64,000 nucleotides of DNA from Sumerlaeia bacterium. Its GTDB lineage: Bacteria; Sumerlaeota; Sumerlaeia; MVZB01. Under the pieces are notes generated by a model. That model saw only the letters and a list, made by a program, of their open reading frames with translations. It had not been told where the DNA came from and did not search any database. The position numbers and the translations under genes are program-made. The stretch is from NCBI GenBank assembly GCA_041687335.1, contig JAWLCE010000006.1, positions 6,620 to 70,619 on the forward strand, read 5' to 3'. Below are positions 40,613 through 50,903 of this stretch, piece after piece. Within the stretch, counting starts at the first letter, position 1, and each line of letters opens with the position of its first letter.

Positions 40613-41386
40613 TCAGGCGCCCGTGCAATGAAAGCCGGTATCGACATGCAGGGTCTCGCCGGTGATGCCGGCGCCGCCGGGCGAGCAGAGGAAGCAGGCC
40701 GTGGCGGCGATCTCCTCGGGCTCGACGTTGCGCTTCATCGGCGAGCGCTCGGCGGCCTGCGTCAGCATCTGGCCGAAATTGGAGATGCCGCGCGCGGCCA
40801 GGGTCTTGACCGCCCCGGCCGAGATGGCGTTGACCCGGATCTGGTCGGGACCCAGGTCGGCGGCCAGGTAGCGCACCGAGGCCTCAAGCCCCGCCTTGGC
40901 CACACCCATGACATTATAGTTGGGAATGACCTTCTCGGCCCCATAGAAGCTGAGGGTGACGATCGAGCCGCCGCCGGCAGCGCGCAGCAGCGGCACGGCC
41001 CGCCGCGTCGCCGCCACCAGCGAATAGACGCTGATATCCATGGCCAATTGGAACCCATCGCGCGAGGTGTTCATGTAGAGCCCGGCCAGCTCTTCCTTGT
41101 TGGCGAAGGCGACCGAATGGATGAGGAAATCCAGCCGCCCGCCGAAACTCTTGCCGACGCGATCGAAAAAACGGTCGATCTGCTCGTCGTCGCTCAGGTC
41201 ACAGGGCAGGCAGAGGGAGCCGGGCAGCTGGCCCGCCAGCTCGCAGACGTTTTTCTCAAGCCGCTCATTCTGATAGTTGAGCGCCAGCCGCGCCCCGGCC
41301 TGGCTGAGTCCACGCGAGATCGCCCAGGCAATCGAGCGTTCGTTGGCGACGCCCAGCACAACCCCGCATCGGTCCTTCAGGTCCAT
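40613..41386 (-). CDS. fabI: Enoyl-ACP reductase
   Basis: GVANERSIAWAI, HSVAFA, YNVMGVAKAGLEASVRYLA, RVNAISAG. Confidence 0.95.
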   Translation of the reverse strand: MDLKDRCGVVLGVANERSIAWAISRGLSQAGARLALNYQNERLEKNVCELAGQLPGSLCLPCDLSDDEQIDRFFDRVGKSFGGRLDFLIHSVAFANKEELAGLYMNTSRDGFQLAMDISVYSLVAATRRAVPLLRAAGGGSIVTLSFYGAEKVIPNYNVMGVAKAGLEASVRYLAADLGPDQIRVNAISAGAVKTLAARGISNFGQMLTQAAERSPMKRNVEPEEIAATACFLCSPGGAGITGETLHVDTGFHCTGA

Positions 41387-41820
41387 GAAGCGCTCCTTCT
41401 TACAGCGGAATGGAAATTGCAGGCGGGCTCGCGACGGCCCCGCCGGCTACTCAAAAATCAACCGACACTATAAATGAGTCTGCCATCCATAGTGAAGCGA
41501 AAATCGTGCGGCCCCCGTGCCGCCGCCCGAAAATGCCCAAAAAACGCCTGATCGGGGTGCGTCCGATGCGCCCGATGCAGCGGAGATTCGCCGTGTGATT
41601 GGTCGAAGAGGCGGAAAATGAATTGCAGCGCCAATTTTCAGGGCCCGGCGCGGCACCTTGGCGGGCCGGAACAGGCCTTGTCGGCAGCAAAATCCATTCG
41701 CTTCAACCTTTTATGCGTGCGCCGGTCGGCCCGGCTGCGATATGCTGCTGGCTGCGCCGGTGCAGATTGCGCCGGGCTGGGGCGCATCCGCGCGAGGCGC
41801 CGGTTTATCAGGGCAGGGGG

Positions 41821-44800
41821 ATGGGATTGATGGCTGCATCACCAACACGACAGGCCGCGACGCCACTGGCGCCGGCCGCGCCAGCCGGGACGGGGCTGAT
41901 CCGGCTGCTGGCATACCCGCTGTTTCTGGGCTCGGGCGCCGCCGGCCTCATTTATGAGGTGGTCTGGACCCGGATGCTGCTCAACACCTTTGGGACAGGC
42001 GTCTACGCGGTCGCGGCGGTGCTGGCGGCGTTCATGGCGGGACTGGCACTGGGTGCGTGGCTGCTGGGCGGGATCGGCGACCGGATCGGCCGCCCGCTGC
42101 GCCTCTATGGCGGCCTCGAGATCGCCATTGGCATCTTCGGTATGGCCGCGCCCTTCCTGCTGGGGCGCGTGGACCTGGTGGATCGCTGGGCCTATGCCGC
42201 CTTCGGCCAGAATTTCGGCGCCCTGACGACGATGCGCTTCTCGGTCGCCTTCGCGCTGCTGCTGATCCCGACGACGATGATGGGCGCGACCCTGCCCGTG
42301 ATGGCGCGCTTCATGGTGCGCCAGGGCCGCCACCTGGGGCTGCACGTCGGTGCGCTTTATGCGATCAATACCGCCGGGGCGGTGCTGGGGACCTTCACGG
42401 CGGGCTTCGTGCTGATCGGCGCGCTCGGGCTCTTTGCCACTGAATTTGTCGCGGTGGGGCTCAACCTGGGAGTCGGGCTGGCGGCGATGGCGCTCTCGCT
42501 CATCATCGAGCGCCGGCCGTTGGCGCCCGAGTCCGCCGAGCCCGCGCGGGCGCCGGTCGTCAGGCAACCGGATTCGGAGGAGCCGGCCGACGCCGGCGTC
42601 ATCCGCTGGGTGATGTTCACCGCCTTCATGACCGGCGCGATGGCGCTCTCGGCCCAGGTGCTCTGGACGCGCACGCTGATCTACTCGGTCGATTATCTCA
42701 AGGCGACGACCTACGCCTTTACCGCGATGCTGACGGTCTTTCTGGCTGGGCTGGCGATCGGCAGCGCCTTGGTCGGGCTTTTCATCGACAGCCAGCGCCG
42801 GCCGCTGCAGCTTTACGGCAAGCTGCTGACGCTGCTGGGCGGCTCAATCATCCTGTCGGTCGCATTGCTGCACGGGGCGGGCATCCGGCTGGGCGAGCCG
42901 CTGGCGGCCGACGGGGCCACCCTCAACTGGACCCTTGCCGTCAGTAACGTCATGTTGCAAAGCCTGGCGGTGTTGGGCATCCCGACCCTGCTGATGGGGA
43001 TGGCCTTCCCGGTGGCCGTGCGCGTGGTGGCGCGGGTGGGGCGCGTGAGCGGCGATGTGGGCCGGCTCTACGCCGTCAACACCGTCGGCGCCATCATCGG
43101 TTCGGTGCTGGCCGCGTTCGTCATCATCCCGAAGGTGGGACTGGTCAACGGACTGATTCTGGTCGGGCTGGTCGATGCGGTGCTGGGGCTGGCGACGCTG
43201 GCTCGCGCCGGCGGCTCTCGGCTGCACCTGGGGGTGCTGGGCGGGCTGACGGCGCTGGTGCTGGCGCTGGCGGTGACTCATCCGGTCCGGCGCGATGGCC
43301 TGCAGGCCCTCAACAGCCTTCTGGACCGGATCGTGTTCTATGAGGAAGGCCCGCTGGCGACCGTCTCGGTGATCGAGAACAACATCGGCGAGCGCACGAT
43401 TTATGTTGATGACGTCGGCGTGGCAGGTACCGACCCGGTGCTCCAGACCGACCAGAAGTCGCTCGCCCACGTCCCGATGATGCTGCTGGAGAACCCGCGT
43501 TCGGCGCTGACGGTGGGCTTTGGCAGCGGCGGGGCCTCCTTCTCGCTGATGCTGCACGACACCCTGGAGCAGGTCCATTGCGTCGAGATCTGCCCGACGG
43601 TGCTGCGGGCGGCGCCCCACCTGCGCGCGGCCAACCACCTGTTCTTCGCCCGTGAGCTGCCGGTCAGCCAGGCCCAGCCGGGGATGACGCTGGCCCGGGC
43701 GGCGGCCGGTTTCAACGGGACCGAGTTCGCGCCGGGGACCGTGCTGACGGCCGATCAGATCGGGCAGATCGTCGCCGGCGGCGCCGAGCCGATGCTGGCG
43801 GTGGGGACGCCGCTCGAGTTCTCGCGCCAGAGCGAGAAGTATGAGCTGATCCTGGACGATGCCCGTTCCTACCTGCGCTACACCGATCAGCGCTATGACT
43901 TCATCGCCACCGATTGCACCGACCTGCGCTACAAATCCAACGCCAACCTCTATGACGTGGAGTATTTCGAGGCCTGCCGGGCGCGGCTGACCGAGGATGG
44001 CATCGTCGTGGTCTGGATGCCGCTGGCCGGGCTCGATACCGAGATTTTCCGCACCGCGCTGCGCACCTTCCGCCACGTCTTCCCCGAGATGGGGATCTTC
44101 TTCATGTCCAACGAGCCGACCCACTACATCCTGATGATCGGCTGGCAGGGCGAGCCCAAGCTGGACTACCGGCTCTTCGAGCGCCGCCTGGCCGAGGCCG
44201 ACGTCCGGATGGACCTGGCCGAGCTGCACCTGGATGACTCGGTCAAATTGATGTCGTGCTTCATCACCGGGGGCGAGGCGCTGGCGGACTTCGTCGCCGG
44301 CGACGAGCTGAATACCGAGAACAATCCTGTGATCGAGTTCCGCTCGCCGCGCTATGGCTATGGGTCGCGGCCGTTGATCGACAACCTCGCCGCGCTGATG
44401 GAACGGCGGGTCTCGCCGCGCGAGTGGCTGGTGGCCGGCTCGATGCCCGAGAATGAAATGGAGCGCCTGGCCCGCTATGAGCAGGCGCTGCCCCTGATCC
44501 TGAGCGGCCACGCCGCCGTGCGCAATCTCGACGTCGAGCGGGCGACGCTGGATTACATGGCGGCGCGGCAACTGGCCCCCGAGGATATCAGCCTGGCCGT
44601 GCACCTGAACTTCCCGATCCTGCAGAAGCGCATCGAGATCGAGCCGACCAACTCCCTGATGCACATCTGGCTGGGGCGGGCGCTGATGCTGCAGGACAAG
44701 CTGGGCGGGGCTCGACTGCTGCTCGAGCGCGCCGAGGCGCTGCTTCAGGAGAATCTGTCTGGTCCGCCCAAGCCGGGGCAGCCCGAATATCAGCGGGCGC

Positions 44801-44886
44801 TGGATGCGGAGCGGCTGCCGGCGGTGCGGGCCTGGCTGGCCGAGATCGAGCGGCGCGGGCCTCCCCCCGAGCCCCCGCGGCCGTGA
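41821..44886 (+). CDS. Fused MFS-like membrane domain / spermidine synthase-like SAM-binding protein
   Basis: SGAAGLIYEVVWTR, LYAINTAGAVLG, VGFGSG, VEIC, DDARSYL, YDFIATD, NTENNPVIEF; start could be 41830. Confidence 0.88.
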   Translation: MGLMAASPTRQAATPLAPAAPAGTGLIRLLAYPLFLGSGAAGLIYEVVWTRMLLNTFGTGVYAVAAVLAAFMAGLALGAWLLGGIGDRIGRPLRLYGGLEIAIGIFGMAAPFLLGRVDLVDRWAYAAFGQNFGALTTMRFSVAFALLLIPTTMMGATLPVMARFMVRQGRHLGLHVGALYAINTAGAVLGTFTAGFVLIGALGLFATEFVAVGLNLGVGLAAMALSLIIERRPLAPESAEPARAPVVRQPDSEEPADAGVIRWVMFTAFMTGAMALSAQVLWTRTLIYSVDYLKATTYAFTAMLTVFLAGLAIGSALVGLFIDSQRRPLQLYGKLLTLLGGSIILSVALLHGAGIRLGEPLAADGATLNWTLAVSNVMLQSLAVLGIPTLLMGMAFPVAVRVVARVGRVSGDVGRLYAVNTVGAIIGSVLAAFVIIPKVGLVNGLILVGLVDAVLGLATLARAGGSRLHLGVLGGLTALVLALAVTHPVRRDGLQALNSLLDRIVFYEEGPLATVSVIENNIGERTIYVDDVGVAGTDPVLQTDQKSLAHVPMMLLENPRSALTVGFGSGGASFSLMLHDTLEQVHCVEICPTVLRAAPHLRAANHLFFARELPVSQAQPGMTLARAAAGFNGTEFAPGTVLTADQIGQIVAGGAEPMLAVGTPLEFSRQSEKYELILDDARSYLRYTDQRYDFIATDCTDLRYKSNANLYDVEYFEACRARLTEDGIVVVWMPLAGLDTEIFRTALRTFRHVFPEMGIFFMSNEPTHYILMIGWQGEPKLDYRLFERRLAEADVRMDLAELHLDDSVKLMSCFITGGEALADFVAGDELNTENNPVIEFRSPRYGYGSRPLIDNLAALMERRVSPREWLVAGSMPENEMERLARYEQALPLILSGHAAVRNLDVERATLDYMAARQLAPEDISLAVHLNFPILQKRIEIEPTNSLMHIWLGRALMLQDKLGGARLLLERAEALLQENLSGPPKPGQPEYQRALDAERLPAVRAWLAEIERRGPPPEPPRP

Positions 44887-45188
44887 AAACGCCCCAAGCC
44901 TGTCGCCAGATCTCGGGTGGAATGTGCGAAAACTCGATTGTCATTGCCGCATAGGCGCGGAGGGCGCAGGCAAGCGGAAGCGGATCGGAGATGGCTGCGT
45001 GGATGGATTACGGCGCCCATTCGGGTAAAACCCAGCCCCGACAGGGGGCGGCCGATCCGGCATCGCGAGTTGTGGTCCATGTTTCGCAAGCTTGACGCGA
45101 TAATTCTGTTCATGGGGTCCGTTTTTTGCTCAATAATGGATCGCGGAGTTCTGCCCCGCGGCCAGTTTCCGGTTTTGAAGGTGCCATC

Positions 45189-46682
45189 ATGTCAAGCCTG
45201 CATCGGTCCGCTTCTCTCGGGGGAGCTTGTGCGCTGGCCGCGCTGGTGATCCTATCGGCGGCTCCCGCCCCGGCCCAGGAGGCACCGGCGGCTCCGCCCG
45301 CCGTCGAGGTCCGGCCGCGCGACTCCAACCTGCCGATCGACCAGGACCCCAACGACCCGTTGGCTTCGCGCGCCGAGCGGATCGAGCGCAACCGCCAGTT
45401 GATGCTCCGTATGGCCGAGGAGCGGCGCAGGAATGAGGCGGCCGCCGCCGAACAGGAACGGGCCCGGCTGGCGGCGCCGCCCGAACCCACGCCGCTGCCT
45501 GCCGCCACGCCGGCCGTCACGGCCACCCCCAGCCCCGAGCAGCAACGCAACGTGACGATGTTCATGTCGCCGGCGGCCCAGGCGCTGCGCGTGGGTGAAC
45601 GGTTCGCCACCCAGTGGCGGATGATCAACCCAGGCCACCTTCCCGTGGACCGTGTGGACCTGGCGATGGATTTTCCCGCCGAAGCCCTCCGGCCGGTGGC
45701 CGTCCACCACGGCGCGCTGAGCGACCTGCTGGCCGAACAGCCCGAGGTGCTGCACGATGAGGCCGCCGGCCAGCTCATCTATCGCGCACGCCTGATCGAG
45801 CCGGTCAGCGTCGCGCAACTGGAACTGCTGACGGTGGAATGGGAGGCCCTGCGCGCCGCCCATGCCGCGCGTATCGAGCCCCGCGTTGCCGAGACCGCCA
45901 GCGCCGCCTGGCTGGGGAATCGCCGCCAGACCGAAACCATGAGCGGCATGCCCGATGCCATCGTCGGTGCCGAAGTTCAGATCAACGAGCGCCCGTCGGG
46001 CGTGCCCGAAGGCTATCGCATGGTCAGCCCGCACCTGGCCGACCTGCAGCCGCTGCTGGCGGGGCTGCCCGACCAGTCGCGCCTGCGCCCGCCGACCTTG
46101 TGGATCGATCAGCCGGCCGGGGAGCGGCTCGAAGCCGGCCAGTGGCTGATGGTCGACGTCGGCCTGGACAACCCCGACAAAATGGTCTTCGACGAGCTGC
46201 GCCTGGCGCTACGCTTCGATCCGGCGCTGGTCGAGGTCGTTGACCATGAACGGAACAACGCCATCTCGCGCGGTGTCAACGTCAACGACGGGATGTATCG
46301 CCGCCAGTGGGGTTGGACGCGCTTCTTCGCCAACGAGGTCAACAACACTTACGGCACGATCTTCTATCACGTCGGCCAGGCCGAGCTGGGCGAGCAGCCC
46401 TCGGGCCCGGTCGTCCGGGTCCTGCTGCGCGTGCGCCGCCCGACCACAGCCCCGGTCCTTCACTGGCTGTGGATCACCGGCCAGGCTGGCGCCCCGACCA
46501 CGGGAGTTTATCTCATGGGACACAACGTTCACCTGCGCGACAGCGGCGATCCGGCGCTGAGTCGTTTCAGCCCGGCGGTCAACCCGCGCCGCATCGCCTT
46601 GGGCGCCCGTAGCGCCGAAAAGGCCGACCCGGCCATTTATCGCAACGGCGGCGCCGCCGCGGCGGGAGGAGCCGGCGAATGA
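45189..46682 (+). CDS. Secreted protein with two cohesin-like beta-sandwich domains
   Basis: Signal peptide ending APAQ; LRVGERF...LAMDFPAEALRPV and LEAGQWLMVDVGL...LRFDPALVEVVD...NEVNNTYGTIFY segments. Confidence 0.6.
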   Translation: MSSLHRSASLGGACALAALVILSAAPAPAQEAPAAPPAVEVRPRDSNLPIDQDPNDPLASRAERIERNRQLMLRMAEERRRNEAAAAEQERARLAAPPEPTPLPAATPAVTATPSPEQQRNVTMFMSPAAQALRVGERFATQWRMINPGHLPVDRVDLAMDFPAEALRPVAVHHGALSDLLAEQPEVLHDEAAGQLIYRARLIEPVSVAQLELLTVEWEALRAAHAARIEPRVAETASAAWLGNRRQTETMSGMPDAIVGAEVQINERPSGVPEGYRMVSPHLADLQPLLAGLPDQSRLRPPTLWIDQPAGERLEAGQWLMVDVGLDNPDKMVFDELRLALRFDPALVEVVDHERNNAISRGVNVNDGMYRRQWGWTRFFANEVNNTYGTIFYHVGQAELGEQPSGPVVRVLLRVRRPTTAPVLHWLWITGQAGAPTTGVYLMGHNVHLRDSGDPALSRFSPAVNPRRIALGARSAEKADPAIYRNGGAAAAGGAGE

Positions 46683-47449
46683 GTCGCGCCCCCCATCGCT
46701 TCTATTTTGCCGGACACCTCAAGGGGGAGGGGCCGGTGGTCGAGCTCTCGGAGGATGAGTCACGCCACCTGCTGCGCGTCCTGCGGCTGCGCGCCGGCAC
46801 GACCGTCGATCTCTTCGACGCCTCGGGTCAGGGCTGGAGCGGGCAGGTCGAGGCCGGCGCCGGCTCGCGCGCCCGCGTGCGGCTGCTGGGCCCGATCGAG
46901 CGCGACCTGACGCTCGGCCCGCCGCTGGGCATCGCCATCGCACTGGTCAAGCGCCGTGCGATGGACCTGGTCATCGAGAAGCTCTCGGAGCTGGGCGTGG
47001 ATACCGTCCAGCCGCTCATGGCCGACCGCACCGTCACCCGGCTGGACGAGAACGATCCGCCCGAACGCTGGGGTCGCCTCGCCATCGCCGCCGCCAAGCA
47101 GTGTGGTCGCAATCAGCCGCTGGCGATCCTGCCTCCCGCGCCGGTGCTGGATTGGCTTCAGCGCGACCGGCCGCCGGCGCATACGATCTTCGCCGATCCC
47201 TCGCCGGCGGCGCGCCCCATCGGCCAGTGGCTGGCCGAGCGCTCGGGGGCCCGCCTGCCGATGTGGGTCGCCATCGGCCCCGAGGGCGGCTGGACCCCGC
47301 GAGAATGTGCCGCCTTCGAGCAGGCGGGTTTTCTGCCCGTGCGGCTGATGAATATGATCCTGCGCACTGAGACCGCGGCGATGGCGGCCGCCACCGCCTG
47401 TCGGCTGTTGTCCGATGTCGCCCATCCGAGCGCCGGCGAGCTGCTTTAG
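46679..47449 (+). CDS. rsmE: 16S rRNA m3U1498 methyltransferase
   Basis: HLLRVLRL, EKLSELGV, AAKQCGR, IGPEGGW, ILRTETA. Confidence 0.95.
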   Translation: MSRAPHRFYFAGHLKGEGPVVELSEDESRHLLRVLRLRAGTTVDLFDASGQGWSGQVEAGAGSRARVRLLGPIERDLTLGPPLGIAIALVKRRAMDLVIEKLSELGVDTVQPLMADRTVTRLDENDPPERWGRLAIAAAKQCGRNQPLAILPPAPVLDWLQRDRPPAHTIFADPSPAARPIGQWLAERSGARLPMWVAIGPEGGWTPRECAAFEQAGFLPVRLMNMILRTETAAMAAATACRLLSDVAHPSAGELL

Positions 47450-47511
47450 CCGCCGGGGCAACCATGCTTTTGCCTGCCGCAATTCCTTGGACAAGCTTTC
47501 ATGAATCTGCA

Positions 47512-47742
47512 ACTACTTGACTTACATTTGTAGGAAAATGGCTGATTCGGCCTGCCTGCCTGCCCCTATTGACTTGGCCCACTGTCTTTGCTAGCGTACG
47601 AGAAAGGCGGCAAGGGACCGCCATTGATCCTTCCGGCGGGCATTCCGGAGCGATCAACACTTTCATCATTCTTTGCTATCAGGCGCGGCACACGGGGATG
47701 GAATCGTGACTAGGCATCCCGCCGCCGGAGGTAAGTCACCGA
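47512..47742 (+). promoter_or_regulatory. sigma70-type promoter, possible Rrf2/IscR-like site and structured 5' leader of iscA
   Basis: TTGACT(47569)-17 bp-TAGCGT(47592). Upstream imperfect dyad TACTTGACTTACATTTGTAGGAA. Leader pairings gaaag/ctttc, ggcgg/ccgcc, ttgatc/gatcaa, tccgg/ccgga. Confidence 0.45.
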
Positions 47743-48066
47743 ATGATACAGGTCACAGCCGCCGCTGCTCAGCAGATGCGGCAACTGCTCGGCTCCCAGA
47801 AGAACAATGGCTGGGGGCTCCGGATCGAGGTCAGGGGCGGGGGGTGTTCGGGGTTTTCCTACTCGATGTCTTTGACCGACCGCCCGGGCGACCACGACCG
47901 GGTCTTTGAAGTGGACGGGGTTCGCATCATCTGTGACCCCAAGAGTTACATCTACTTGAATGGTTTGGAGCTCGATTACTGCAACGAAATGATGGGTGGG
48001 GGCTTCAAGTTCAACAAGCCCGAACCGGTCCGCGCCTGTTCGTGCGGCACCCTCTTCGGCATCTGA
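47743..48066 (+). CDS. iscA: A-type Fe-S cluster carrier (IscA/HesB/ErpA family)
   Basis: GGGCSGFSY, LDY, CSCG motifs. Confidence 0.93.
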   Translation: MIQVTAAAAQQMRQLLGSQKNNGWGLRIEVRGGGCSGFSYSMSLTDRPGDHDRVFEVDGVRIICDPKSYIYLNGLELDYCNEMMGGGFKFNKPEPVRACSCGTLFGI

Positions 48067-48090
48067 CCGCAGCTCCGTATGATGATTGAA

Positions 48091-48125
48091 CGGCCGCTCC
48101 GCTCCCGGAGCGGCCGATCGTTTTT
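48091..48125 (+). terminator. Hairpin/terminator after iscA
   Basis: cggccgctccg-ctcc-cggagcggccg followed by atcgttttt. Confidence 0.6.
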
Positions 48126-48177
48126 GTTGGCGCCCGCCCAAGGGCGGCCCGTAAAATGATCTGGCGGCGTCGGCCGC

Positions 48178-49419
48178 ATGATCCGCTATGCACACCCCAG
48201 GATGGCCGCACCGATGATCGACCCCGCCCGCCCCAGCGCCGATGGCATTGTCCGCCACGGCTTCGGCCTCAAGAGCGAGGTCCAGGGCGAGCTGACCGCC
48301 GCCTATCACAGCGAGCTGGTCAGCCGCATCCGCGAGGCCGGCCACCGCTGGCAGATCGGCGCCATCGAGCTGCGCCTGGCCAAGGAATTCGGCTTCTGCT
48401 ACGGGGTCGACAAGGCGATCGACTTCGCCTATGAGACCCGCCGCCGTTTCCCCGACCGTCGCATCTTCCTGACCACTGAGATCATCCACAACCCGCGCGT
48501 CAACCAGCGCATGCTCGAGATGGACATCCGCTTCCTCGCCGGCCGCTATGCCGACGGCGCCTCGTTCGATGACCTGACCGCCGACGATATCGTCCTGCTG
48601 CCCGCCTTCGGCTTCGAGGTGGCCCAGCTCGAGCGCCTGCGCGCGATCGGCTGCCTGCTCGTCGACGGCACCTGCGGCTCCGTGGTGCACGTCTGGAAGC
48701 GCGTCGAGCGCTACGCCCGCGAGGGCTTCACCTCATTGATCCACGGCAAGTGGCGCCACGAGGAGACCATCGCCACCGTCTCGCATGTCACCGCCCAGGG
48801 CGGCCATTATCTGGTGGTCTTTGACCGCGAGGAGGCCGAGCGGGTCTGTGAATTCATCCGCAGCGGGCGCGGGGCGGCCGGGCTGGCCGCCGATTTTCGC
48901 CCGGCGCTCTCCGAGGGCTTCGACTTCGAGCGCCACCTGAAGCGCATCGGCGTCGCCAATCAGACGACGATGCTCTCCTCGGAGTCGCTCGAGATCGCGC
49001 GCATGATCGGCGCCGCGCTTCAGGAGCGTTGGGGCGCGGACCAGCTCAAGGAGCGCTTCCGCTCCTTCGACACGATCTGCAATGCCACCCAGGAACGCCA
49101 GGACGCGGTCATCGAGCTGATGGCCGACCCCCCCGACCTGATGCTGATCGTCGGCGGCTTCAACAGCTCCAACACCACCCACCTGCGCGAGATCGCCGAA
49201 CGCCACTGCCCGACCTACCACATCGAGGAAGTGGATGGCCTGATCTCGCCGACTCAGATTCGCCACAAGCCGGCCGCCGGCGAACCGCTCCTGAGCGAGG
49301 ACTGGCTGCCGACGCGCCGCCCGCTGGTCATCGGTCTGAGCGCCGGCGCCTCCACCCCCAACCGCGTCGTCGGCGAGGTCATCGAGCGGCTCGAGGCCTT
49401 CGAGTCCCGCTTGGGCTAG
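48178..49419 (+). CDS. ispH: 4-hydroxy-3-methylbut-2-enyl diphosphate reductase
   Basis: FGFCYGV, EIIHNP, DGTCG, HEET, NQTT, DTICNATQERQ, GGFNSSNT, AGASTP; start could be 48202 or 48214. Confidence 0.95.
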   Translation: MIRYAHPRMAAPMIDPARPSADGIVRHGFGLKSEVQGELTAAYHSELVSRIREAGHRWQIGAIELRLAKEFGFCYGVDKAIDFAYETRRRFPDRRIFLTTEIIHNPRVNQRMLEMDIRFLAGRYADGASFDDLTADDIVLLPAFGFEVAQLERLRAIGCLLVDGTCGSVVHVWKRVERYAREGFTSLIHGKWRHEETIATVSHVTAQGGHYLVVFDREEAERVCEFIRSGRGAAGLAADFRPALSEGFDFERHLKRIGVANQTTMLSSESLEIARMIGAALQERWGADQLKERFRSFDTICNATQERQDAVIELMADPPDLMLIVGGFNSSNTTHLREIAERHCPTYHIEEVDGLISPTQIRHKPAAGEPLLSEDWLPTRRPLVIGLSAGASTPNRVVGEVIERLEAFESRLG

Positions 49420-50519
49420 CTTACGGCGCCCTTGAACCAGTCGCTCAGGATGCGGACGATCCGCCCGGCGGCCTGGCCGTCCCACAGCGGCGGCACCTGC
49501 GCCTGGCCCGTGGCGGCCAGTGCGTCGCGGCAGCCGGCCAGGATCGCCTCGGTCGCCGTGCCCACCAGCCGGTTGCTCCCCAGCTCGGCCGTCACCGGGC
49601 GCTCGGTATTCTCGCGCAGCGTCAGGCAGGGCACCCCCAGGATCGTCGTCTCCTCCTGGATGCCGCCCGAGTCCGTCAGCACGATCCTCGCCTCCGCCAT
49701 CAGCTTGAGGAAATCAAGGTAACCGACCGGGTCGATCAGCCGCATCCCCGGGATCGCCTCCAGCCGCTGCCAGTTGGGCGTCCCGCCCATGTTGTTGCGC
49801 GTGCGCGGGTGGACCGGGAAGATGATCGGCAGGTCGCGGCCGATCACCTCCAGCGCCGCCACGATCCGGCCAAAGACCTCGGCATCGTCGACGTTGGACG
49901 GCCGGTGCAGCGTCAGCACCCCGTAGCCGCCCGCCGTCAGGCCCAGCTCCTCGAGCACCAGCGAGCGGTCGGCCTTGGCCCGGTTGGCCAGCAGGGTGTC
50001 GATCATCACGTTGCCGACCAGGTGCACCCGCGCGGGGTCGACCCCCTCGCGCATCAGGTTGTCCACGCCGCTCTGCTCGGTGCAGAACAGGATGTCGCTG
50101 ATCGAGTCGGTCAGCAGGCGGTTGATCTCCTCGGGCATCGTGCGGTCGAAGCTGCGCAGCCCCGCCTCGACGTGGATCAGGCGGATGCCCAGCTTGACCG
50201 CCACCAGCCCGCAGGCGATGGTGGAGTTGACGTCGCCCACCACCAGCACCGCGTCGGGGCGCTCGCTCAGGCAGACCGGCTCGAAGGCCTTCATGATCTC
50301 GGCGGTGTTGACCGCGTGCGAGCCGCCGCCGACCCCCAGGTTGATGTCGGGGCGCGGGATGCCCAGCTCGCGAAAAAACAGGTCGCTCATCTTCTCGTCA
50401 TAGTGCTGGCCGGTGTGGACCAGCAGCGGGGTCAGCTCGCCGGCCTCGCGATAGGCCGCCATGATCGGGGCGATCTTCATGAAATTGGGCCGCGCGCCCA
50501 CGACGTTGATAATCTTCAT
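49416..50519 (-). CDS. wecB: UDP-N-acetylglucosamine 2-epimerase (non-hydrolysing)
   Basis: GARPNFMK, HTGQHYD, HVEAGLRS, PEEINR, TDSGGIQEE, TERP. Confidence 0.95.
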   Translation of the reverse strand: MKIINVVGARPNFMKIAPIMAAYREAGELTPLLVHTGQHYDEKMSDLFFRELGIPRPDINLGVGGGSHAVNTAEIMKAFEPVCLSERPDAVLVVGDVNSTIACGLVAVKLGIRLIHVEAGLRSFDRTMPEEINRLLTDSISDILFCTEQSGVDNLMREGVDPARVHLVGNVMIDTLLANRAKADRSLVLEELGLTAGGYGVLTLHRPSNVDDAEVFGRIVAALEVIGRDLPIIFPVHPRTRNNMGGTPNWQRLEAIPGMRLIDPVGYLDFLKLMAEARIVLTDSGGIQEETTILGVPCLTLRENTERPVTAELGSNRLVGTATEAILAGCRDALAATGQAQVPPLWDGQAAGRIVRILSDWFKGAVS

Positions 50520-50744
50520 CGTGATCAGTTTTCCTTTGTCGGCTTCAGGCTCATTCGCCGCCGGCGCGTGGGGCGGCACGGCGCGGGATTCCCCTGCTGA
50601 GTGTGAAAGGCGCTCCAATTTTCACCATGCCGGGTCGCGAAATCAAGGCGGAATCGCCCGGGCCGCCGGCGGGGGGATAACATCTTGCACTCGCTACCAA
50701 AGATCGCGGCAGGGAGGGTAGGTCGGCTCTTCGAGCCGACATTA

Positions 50745-50903
50745 GAGCTGTTGCCGAAAGGAAGTGCCGAATCGCGGTCGAGCGAGAGCAAGGATCAAGG
50801 GTTCCGCAAGCGCTGGCATAGCAGCGCTATTCCGAGTATTGAAGAAGCCTTCAGCCGCCGCTCACAGCCGGCTGCAAACGGTGAAGACTTTAGGGAACTG
50901 CTC
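50745..50903. mobile_element. 159-bp MITE with terminal inverted repeats and a TA duplication, inserted in a REP doublet (50718-50935)
   Basis: Left TA-GAGCTGTTGCCGAAAG versus right CTTTAGGGAACTGCTC-TA (16/19 match including flanks). Excision restores a REP doublet like 24124-24181. Confidence 0.7.
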
